Below are positions 8,827-16,009 of a DNA stretch of 32,000 nt, piece after piece (position 1 is the first letter of the stretch; each line of letters begins with the position of its first letter). A model generated the notes under the pieces. The model searched no databases. It was not told the origin of the DNA and saw only the letters and a program-made list of their open reading frames with translations. The position numbers and the translations under genes were made by a program. The stretch comes from Alkanindiges sp. WGS2144 (GTDB taxonomy: Bacteria; Pseudomonadota; Gammaproteobacteria; Pseudomonadales; Moraxellaceae): assembly GCF_043950625.1 (NCBI RefSeq), contig NZ_CP171007.1; one strand, written 5' to 3'.

Positions 8827-9675
8827 TTAGTTCACATGTTGTTGCAATAAAAAAACATCAGGCTGCGGCCAATGGTAATGCCAAAATAATGACTGTAGCT
8901 GCTCGGCATCGTTGAGATCAAAATCACGCAGGGTCTGATATTGAATCAAGCCGATCAAGGGTTCGGCATAAGCATGCCGGGTGGTATCCTGCTCATTGGC
9001 CTGCCTGATGCCACCACGCTGATCAGTAGATGGTTCCAGTAGGGCATAACCCAAAGCCGTCGCAGCCAACCAGCTCAGCTTAACGTCTGACAACTCAGGT
9101 AAACGCTGCTCCGGCTTTTGCGCGAGCAGTTGTACCAATGCCTGTAGACGATTCACCTGATAGTGCTGCTGATAGGTCTGTAATAACGCCTTGCGATCCT
9201 GTACCACAAAGCCACTACCAACGGTTTTTAAGGCATCACCTACATGTTGAAGCTGTTTAATCTCATCTGATTCAATAACTTGTCCACCAGCAAAACGGCT
9301 ACGACCAACCAGCTCAATGAGTCGGCCTAAGTGACGCATCCTATCAAATTGAATAATCAGGCTAACTTCCAGATGACAACTGGCGGTAGGCTGCAAGGAC
9401 AGGGCATATTTATTTTTAGAGGAATAATCTTTTTTGCCAATAAAGGTTGCGCCGCGACGCTGGGCAGGCATAAATCGGCCATAGGCCATACTGCCCAAAT
9501 CCTGTCGGTCATGATGAATCAATAGGAAGCCCGTTTCCTGAGTTCCCAGTTGCCGTGCCAGATTGTGGCAAAACATGGCCGCAGCCATAAGCGGTGCACC
9601 GCCCAGTACAAAACCACTCGTTTGTAGAGTGGCATTCTGGATTTTTAGACGTGGAATCAACACGAACTGGCTCAT
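8827..9675 (-). CDS. cas5f: Cas5f (Csy2)
   Basis: 282 aa. N-terminal LIPRLKIQNATLQTS, CHLEVSLII and SRFAGGQVI match recalled Csy2 motifs (LLPRLSIQNANAISS; AHLEVSLLL; MRLAGGSI). The start overlaps the cas8f stop (ATGA), which suggests translational coupling. Confidence 0.85.
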   Translation of the reverse strand: MSQFVLIPRLKIQNATLQTSGFVLGGAPLMAAAMFCHNLARQLGTQETGFLLIHHDRQDLGSMAYGRFMPAQRRGATFIGKKDYSSKNKYALSLQPTASCHLEVSLIIQFDRMRHLGRLIELVGRSRFAGGQVIESDEIKQLQHVGDALKTVGSGFVVQDRKALLQTYQQHYQVNRLQALVQLLAQKPEQRLPELSDVKLSWLAATALGYALLEPSTDQRGGIRQANEQDTTRHAYAEPLIGLIQYQTLRDFDLNDAEQLQSLFWHYHWPQPDVFLLQQHVN

Positions 9676-10862
9676 GGCAACATCCTTTTAATCAGACGCA
9701 CAAAAAAGCCAAGAGCATTATCATCTACCGACAACAAACGAACCTCGGTTTTATCCTTAAAGTTAATGATGCGCTGTGCCAGTTGCAGGGCAAATAAATG
9801 CTGCCAGTCTTCCCTTTTTTGAATATCTTTATCAATTAATCCCTGGGTAACGTAACCCACAGATGAACTTAGCCATTTTGAAATTTGCCCATCTATAGGT
9901 GCAGGCAGGCTATCTTCGTACTGTTGTAAAATTAAAAAATGCTTCCTGCCCTGTTGTAATACTGACCGAAGGATATTTCGGATAAATTTTAGTTCTGAAT
10001 ACCTTAAGCGCATATCTGCTTCACTAATTAGACGTGGATGACTCTCCGTCCCCTCATTTCTGACTTTCATATTAGTTTTTGGTGCATTTATGCCAGTAGA
10101 TGGAAAATCACTCTGCTGTGTTAGTTCAGACTCAGTTGCCCAGACAAAGGCATATTCCCTAAAGTCCTGCATGCAATCTTTAAAATGATAATCAAACCCA
10201 TGGTAATAAATAGCAAGTGCCTTACGTACCCCTTGGTTCATGACTGGCGCCTCCACAAGTATTGGACGCTGCATGGCTCTTACCAATGACCCAACGTTCT
10301 GTGGATTGGAGCCGCCAATTCCCAGCACTGCAGTTTTCAGTTTACGGACTGAGGCTTCCTTTACTAATTGCTCAACCTGTGCTTTAACCTGATCCACTTC
10401 TTGATTAATCAAATAGCACAAGCCTGCCGCGGTCAGTGGGCTAATACTTATATATTGCTGTTCAGCCTCGGGGATGAGTAGCTGCCGCATTCTGATATCA
10501 ATATACTGCGCACCTGCAATCAGGTTTTGTGTTTTTAAGGCAGGCAACATTTGCTTAACCCGTTCAATGTCTTGTATCGTTTGCGTTTCCAGCTCATCGC
10601 TAGGTTCATTGAGAAAGGCAGCTTTCACAAACTTAAATACAGACGCGGTCTTGCCCGAATTAGCTTGATAATCGGTGGGTAGATAAACGCCCTCTGCCAG
10701 CAGAGTACGGGCACTTATATAGGGTAAATCCAGTGCCTCTCCCTGATTTAACCGGATACCTCCTTTTTCAATATTAGAATTAGTAGTTTTGAAGCTAAAG
10801 TGCACTGAATCAAGCAGTGCTTGCTGATAAATATCAGTCGTTTCAGATTCCGAGTCCTTCAT
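9672..10862 (-). CDS. cas8f: Cas8f (Csy1) large subunit
   Basis: 396 aa, first gene of the Cascade operon. LGIGGSNPQNVGSLV resembles the recalled Csy1 motif QKFGGTKPQNISQL. Its position before cas5f-cas7f-cas6f supports the call. It is more divergent than the other subunits. Confidence 0.8.
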   Translation of the reverse strand: MKDSESETTDIYQQALLDSVHFSFKTTNSNIEKGGIRLNQGEALDLPYISARTLLAEGVYLPTDYQANSGKTASVFKFVKAAFLNEPSDELETQTIQDIERVKQMLPALKTQNLIAGAQYIDIRMRQLLIPEAEQQYISISPLTAAGLCYLINQEVDQVKAQVEQLVKEASVRKLKTAVLGIGGSNPQNVGSLVRAMQRPILVEAPVMNQGVRKALAIYYHGFDYHFKDCMQDFREYAFVWATESELTQQSDFPSTGINAPKTNMKVRNEGTESHPRLISEADMRLRYSELKFIRNILRSVLQQGRKHFLILQQYEDSLPAPIDGQISKWLSSSVGYVTQGLIDKDIQKREDWQHLFALQLAQRIINFKDKTEVRLLSVDDNALGFFVRLIKRMLP

Positions 10863-10905
10863 GGATAATGCCTTTTTTACATGATTTTATCGTCCAGCGG
10901 AAAAT

Positions 10906-10934
10906 AGAATAAGTAGTAAATTTAAGAAAGTCAA
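10906..10934 (-). promoter_or_regulatory. Candidate sigma70 promoter of the cas8f operon
   Basis: Minus strand: TTGACT (10934-10929), 17-nt spacer, TATTCT (10911-10906), about 45 nt upstream of the cas8f ATG. Sequence-pattern prediction only. A weaker alternative -10 (TATAAG/TAAGAT) lies inside the psi-spacer target. Confidence 0.35.
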
Positions 10935-10943
10935 TTATCCAAA

Positions 10944-10977
10944 TTAAAGCATCAAAGTTATCTTATAGCTATTAAGG
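10944..10977 (-). promoter_or_regulatory. Predicted Cascade binding site: CC PAM + partial protospacer for the upstream psi-spacer
   Basis: Minus strand: CC (10977-10976) followed by TTAATAGCTATAAGATAACTTT. Nt 1-10 are identical to the psi-spacer, 19/22 are identical over nt 1-22, and there is essentially no match over nt 23-32. The site ends 10 bp upstream of the candidate -35. Confidence 0.5.
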
Positions 10978-10986
10978 TTATAATTT

Positions 10987-11065
10987 AAAAACCACCTAAG
11001 CGGTGGCAGACTTAAAAAGTTAGCTATTAGCTATTAACTTCTAAACCATTTGCACAATGGTGAAT
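10987..11065 (-). ncRNA. Degenerate mini-CRISPR (psi-repeat + psi-spacer + terminator hairpin); candidate cas-regulating crRNA-like RNA (CreR/CreA-like)
   Basis: 11065->11038 reads ATTCACCATTGTGCAAATGGTTTAGAAG, 23/28 identical to the array repeat. Loop and handle are intact, and 4 of the 5 changes form two compensatory stem pairs. It is followed by a 32-nt spacer-like segment, then CCACC-GCTTA-GGTGG + TTTTT. It is co-directional with the cas operon. Expression has not been shown. Confidence 0.55.
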
Positions 11066-11145
11066 GATTTTCGTCAGTAAGCAGTCTAACACCCGTGCCA
11101 AAGATTAAAAGCACAATTTAAATCTCAGCACTGTAAAACAGGCAT

Positions 11146-11172
11146 AAAAAAAGGTCACTCGGGTGAGTGACC
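11146..11172 (-). terminator. Rho-independent terminator of tRNA-Met
   Basis: Minus strand: GGTCACTC-ACCC-GAGTGACC followed by TTTTTTT, 7 nt after the tRNA CCA end. Confidence 0.6.
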
Positions 11173-11179
11173 TATAAAA

Positions 11180-11256
11180 TGGTGGCTATGACGGGACTCG
11201 AACCTGTGACCCCAGCATTATGAGTGCTGTGCTCTAACCAACTGAGCTACATAGCC
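11180..11256 (-). tRNA. tRNA-Met (CAT), elongator type
   Basis: The reverse complement GGCTATGTAGCTCAGTTGGTTAGAGCACAGCACTCATAATGCTGGGGTCACAGGTTCGAGTCCCGTCATAGCCACCA is nearly identical to recalled E. coli elongator tRNA-Met. It has the anticodon loop CTCATAA and an encoded CCA. Confidence 0.95.
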
Positions 11257-11272
11257 GCAAACTGTGGTGCGC

Positions 11273-11301
11273 ATTATCTAGACTTATTAAACGTCCGTCA
11301 A
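11273..11301 (-). promoter_or_regulatory. Candidate strong sigma70 promoter for tRNA-Met
   Basis: Minus strand: TTGACG (11301-11296), 17-nt spacer, GATAAT (11278-11273), followed by a GC-rich discriminator (GCGCACC), about 16 nt upstream of the mature tRNA 5' end. Confidence 0.5.
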
Positions 11302-11353
11302 GCACACCAGCCTAAAAAGCAGGCAAATAATCCAAAAAATTTTCAAGAATTTG

Positions 11354-11717
<364 letters not shown>

Positions 11718-11742
11718 AAGGCACGCATGGTAGCAAAAAAAA

Positions 11743-12021
<279 letters not shown>

Positions 12022-12046
12022 CTATATTGTCCAATTAGTAAACAGA

Positions 12047-12571
<525 letters not shown>

Positions 12572-12681
12572 TTAACAAAAACTTGTTTTTAAGGCGAAGT
12601 GCCATTTTTTATATAACTAAAATTAACTAAAGCCGAACCCCAAAATTAGGTAAACTAGCGTTTAGTGAGGAAAATTTTGAT

Positions 12682-13158
12682 ATGAATAAAGCGACTGTTA
12701 AAAAATTGCATAAAGGCGGCACCATTGCCCAGAATCGCCGTGCCCGCCATGATTATTTTATAGAGGAAAAATTTGAAGCAGGCCTTGCCCTACAGGGCTG
12801 GGAAGTTAAATCACTGCGTGCTGGCAAAATGAGCCTCTCTGAAAGCTATGTAATTTTTAGAAATGGTGAGGCCTTTTTATTTGGTAGTCAGATTGTGCCT
12901 CTACTTTCTGCGTCCACCCATGTGGTGCCCGAAGCCAGTCGTACCCGCAAACTGCTATTGTCACGTCGTGAAATTGAAAAACTGATGGGAGCGGTCAATC
13001 AAAAAGGCTACTCCTGCGTCCCGCTGGCCTGCTACTGGAAAGGCGCTCTGGTAAAATGTGAAATTGCACTGGTGAAAGGCAAGCAGTTACATGACAAACG
13101 CGCAACAGAAAAAGAACGCGACTGGTCACGTGAAAAACAGCGGATTTTTAGAGGCTAA
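12682..13158 (+). CDS. smpB: SsrA-binding protein SmpB
   Basis: 158 aa. [32 protein letters not shown] is the signature SmpB N-terminus. Confidence 0.93.
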   Translation: MNKATVKKLHKGGTIAQNRRARHDYFIEEKFEAGLALQGWEVKSLRAGKMSLSESYVIFRNGEAFLFGSQIVPLLSASTHVVPEASRTRKLLLSRREIEKLMGAVNQKGYSCVPLACYWKGALVKCEIALVKGKQLHDKRATEKERDWSREKQRIFRG

Positions 13159-13184
13159 TTCAGGCTGCTTGTAGAGTTTATAAG

Positions 13185-13212
13185 ACGATCATATTACCAC
13201 TGATATGATCGT
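13185..13212 (+). terminator. Hairpin downstream of smpB (possible weak terminator)
   Basis: ACGATCATAT / ATATGATCGT 10-bp perfect stem with an 8-nt loop, 27 nt after the smpB stop. It is followed by TAAATTG (a poor U-tract), so function is uncertain. Confidence 0.3.
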
Positions 13213-13349
13213 TAAATTGATGGCCCAAGTCAGCCTATGTCGCGCTATTTCCCTATCGGGTATATTTTACAAAATACAAGTCTCCCTTAATGCCCGCGCT
13301 TTGCCTATAATCTTTTTCTTTGTTTTTACCTGCCCCTTGAGCATTTATC

Positions 13350-15395
13350 ATGAGTAGTCATGCAAATTTGAGCCAGCTTAACCCTCGTCAGCAGGAGGCC
13401 ATGACTTATGTGTCAGGCCCCTTGCTGGTACTAGCGGGGGCGGGTTCAGGCAAAACGGCAGTGATTACCCGCAAAATTGCTTATCTTATTCAGCAGGTTG
13501 GTATTCCGGCTTATCGCATTACGGCTATGACCTTTACCAACAAGGCCGCCCGTGAAATGAAAGAACGGGTGGGCAAGCTGATTTCACGTGAGGAAAGCAA
13601 AGGTTTAACGGTTTCTACCTTCCATACGTTTGGCCTCAATCTGTTGAGGCTGGAATTAAAGCATACCGGCTTAAAAAACAACTTTTCCATTCTGGATGCT
13701 GATGACTGCAAACGCCTGCTCATGGACTTGATGCATAAGGACAATCTGGCCGGTGCTGACAGCAAGGAGCTGATAGCCAAGGCCATGCGCCACATTTCCG
13801 ACTGGAAAAACGATTTGCTTTTGCCAGCCCAAGCCATGAGTACTGCCGAAACCCCCGAAGATGTGCATCTAGCGCATCTATATGAATTATACGAACGCAA
13901 TATTCGCGCCTATAATGCGGTAGATTTTGATGATTTAATTGCCCTGCCCACCCGTTTGCTACAAGACAATGCCGAAATACGCGAAAAATGGCAGCGCCGC
14001 GTGCAATATTTGCTGGTAGATGAATATCAGGACACCAATACAGCGCAGTACATGCTGGTCAAACTCTTGGTGGGGATAACCGGCAAATTCACTGCGGTCG
14101 GTGATGATGACCAGTCGATTTATGCCTGGCGCGGTGCCAAACCGGAAAATATGGCACTACTGGCAGAAGACTTTCCAAGTTTAAAAGTCATCAAACTGGA
14201 ACAAAATTATCGCTCTACCAGCCGGATTTTAAAGGCTGCCAACTCAGTCATTACCAATAATCCGCACATTTTTGAAAAGCAGTTATGGTCAGATAAAGGC
14301 CATGGTGACCTAATTCGCGTGATTACCTGTCGTAATGACGATGACGAAGCCGAACGCGTGGCGCATGATGTGATGAATCACAAGCTCATGAATGGTAAAT
14401 CCTGGAAAGACTACGCCATTTTATATCGGGGTAATTTCCAGGCACGGGTGTTAGAAGCCCAGCTACGCCAGATGCAGATTCCCTATAAATTATCCGGTGG
14501 CACGTCGTTCTTTGCCCGGGCCGAAATTAAAGATGTGATGAGTTACCTGCGCCTGATTATTAATCCGGAAGATGACAGTGCCTTCTTGCGCATTATCAAC
14601 ACGCCAAAACGTGCGATTGGCCCTGCCACCCTGGAAAAACTGGGGCTGTTTGCCCAGGAATATCATTTGTCCTTATTAGGCGCAGCAGCTGATCAGCGCC
14701 TAGGGATGGCACTGGCTAAAAAAGCAGCCTCACAATTACATGAGTTTGCAGGTTTTATTGAAGACTACACCCAGCGCCTGCATGACAATGATGATCCGGT
14801 GCCCGTGGTACGGCAAATGATTAACGAAACCGGCTATATTGATTATGTGCGTGAACAGGCTGCCACGCCTGCCGCTGAAAAAACCAAGCTGGATAATATC
14901 GAGACCCTATACAGTAGTATTCAAAGCCTGATTAACCGTGCTGATGATGTGGATGAGCGCAATATTGAAAGCGTGATTCGCAAGCTGGTGCTACTGGATC
15001 TACTGGAGCAGCAACAGGAGGAAGAAGATACCGACAAGGTTAATCTGATGACCCTGCATGCAGCAAAAGGCCTAGAGTTTCCATACGTCTATATTATGGG
15101 ACTGGAAGAAGAGCTATTGCCGCATCGCAACTCCATTGCTGGCGACAGTATTGAGGAAGAACGTCGCCTGATGTACGTGGGCATTACCCGTGCACGCCAG
15201 GGCTTGACCTTAACATTGGCGGAGCAGCGTAAAGCCGGCGGACAAATGCGTCACACCACGCCCAGCCGCTTTCTGGATGAACTGCCGGAAGAAGAACTGG
15301 AATGGTCGGGTAAGAAGAAACAAAAACTGTCGAATGTTGACCCCAAAGCACAAGCAGCCGCGTATCTGGCCAACCTAAAAGCCCTGATGAAATAA
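13350..15395 (+). CDS. rep: ATP-dependent DNA helicase Rep (UvrD/Rep SF1 family)
   Basis: 681 aa. LNPRQQEAM...GPLLVLAGAGSGKT, TFTNKAAREMKERV, LLVDEYQDTN, GDDDQSIYAWRGA, LEQNYRS, LMTLHAAKGLEFPYVY and YVGITRA are collinear with recalled E. coli Rep, including the Rep-like C-terminus (ANLKALM). Confidence 0.9.
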   Translation: MSSHANLSQLNPRQQEAMTYVSGPLLVLAGAGSGKTAVITRKIAYLIQQVGIPAYRITAMTFTNKAAREMKERVGKLISREESKGLTVSTFHTFGLNLLRLELKHTGLKNNFSILDADDCKRLLMDLMHKDNLAGADSKELIAKAMRHISDWKNDLLLPAQAMSTAETPEDVHLAHLYELYERNIRAYNAVDFDDLIALPTRLLQDNAEIREKWQRRVQYLLVDEYQDTNTAQYMLVKLLVGITGKFTAVGDDDQSIYAWRGAKPENMALLAEDFPSLKVIKLEQNYRSTSRILKAANSVITNNPHIFEKQLWSDKGHGDLIRVITCRNDDDEAERVAHDVMNHKLMNGKSWKDYAILYRGNFQARVLEAQLRQMQIPYKLSGGTSFFARAEIKDVMSYLRLIINPEDDSAFLRIINTPKRAIGPATLEKLGLFAQEYHLSLLGAAADQRLGMALAKKAASQLHEFAGFIEDYTQRLHDNDDPVPVVRQMINETGYIDYVREQAATPAAEKTKLDNIETLYSSIQSLINRADDVDERNIESVIRKLVLLDLLEQQQEEEDTDKVNLMTLHAAKGLEFPYVYIMGLEEELLPHRNSIAGDSIEEERRLMYVGITRARQGLTLTLAEQRKAGGQMRHTTPSRFLDELPEEELEWSGKKKQKLSNVDPKAQAAAYLANLKALMK

Positions 15396-15425
15396 ATACT
15401 GATTCCGCCCACTAAGGTAAAAAAT

Positions 15426-15878
15426 ATGAAAATGCAACTTAAAATTCTGGATAGCCGCCTTGGCACGACATGGCCTTTGCCACAGCATGCCACTCCTGGT
15501 TCAGCCGGCATTGACCTGCGTGTCTGTATCGATGAAGCAATCGTACTGCAACCAGGAGATACCGTTCTGGTTAAGACCGGTATGGCGGTCTATATTGCTG
15601 ATCCGCATTATGCTGGTCTGATTTTACCGCGCTCCGGGCTTGGTCATAAACATGGGATTGTGCTAGGTAATCTAGTAGGGTTAATTGACTCTGACTATCA
15701 AGGCGAGTTGATGGTATCGGTATGGAACCGCGGCTCAACAGCCTTTACCCTGGAACCCGGTGAGCGGATGGCACAATATGTACTGGTACCTGTAGTACAG
15801 GCGCAATTTGATATTGTCACTGATTTTGAGCAAAGTGAACGTGGAAGTGGCGGCTTTGGTCACACTGGTAGTCAGTAA
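15426..15878 (+). CDS. dut: dUTP diphosphatase
   Basis: 150 aa. [21 protein letters not shown] and [10 protein letters not shown] motifs. Confidence 0.93.
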   Translation: MKMQLKILDSRLGTTWPLPQHATPGSAGIDLRVCIDEAIVLQPGDTVLVKTGMAVYIADPHYAGLILPRSGLGHKHGIVLGNLVGLIDSDYQGELMVSVWNRGSTAFTLEPGERMAQYVLVPVVQAQFDIVTDFEQSERGSGGFGHTGSQ

Positions 15879-16009
15879 GCAGATTTACACAAGCTGCCAA
15901 AAAACTATGGATGTTTGCAATGTTATGGCTACCCTAATTGCCTGTAGTCGTTTATCTTAAGCATTGCTTAACTGATTACAAACTTTGATTACAAACAAGG
16001 AAGTATGTC

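Noticed and set aside
10877-10882. ATG-TAA start-stop mini-ORF 18 nt upstream of cas8f as a possible CreT-like toxin RNA paired with the psi-RNA
   Set aside because: There is no strong dedicated SD, no rare-codon run and no separate promoter or terminator. The psi-spacer target sits upstream of cas8f itself, so a CreR-type (cas-regulating) reading is simpler than a CreTA toxin-antitoxin reading.
11146-11256. att-type direct repeat of the tRNA-Met 3' end marking an integrated element within the window
   Set aside because: I could not find a second copy of the tRNA 3' segment (GGTTCGAGTCCCGTCATAGCCACCA) elsewhere in the 32 kb, and no integrase gene is present.
13159-13349. Possible tmRNA (ssrA) next to smpB
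   Set aside because: There is no tRNA-like acceptor/T-arm (GGGGCTGA... start, TCCACCA end) and no tag-peptide reading frame. The region only contains a hairpin and the rep promoter region.
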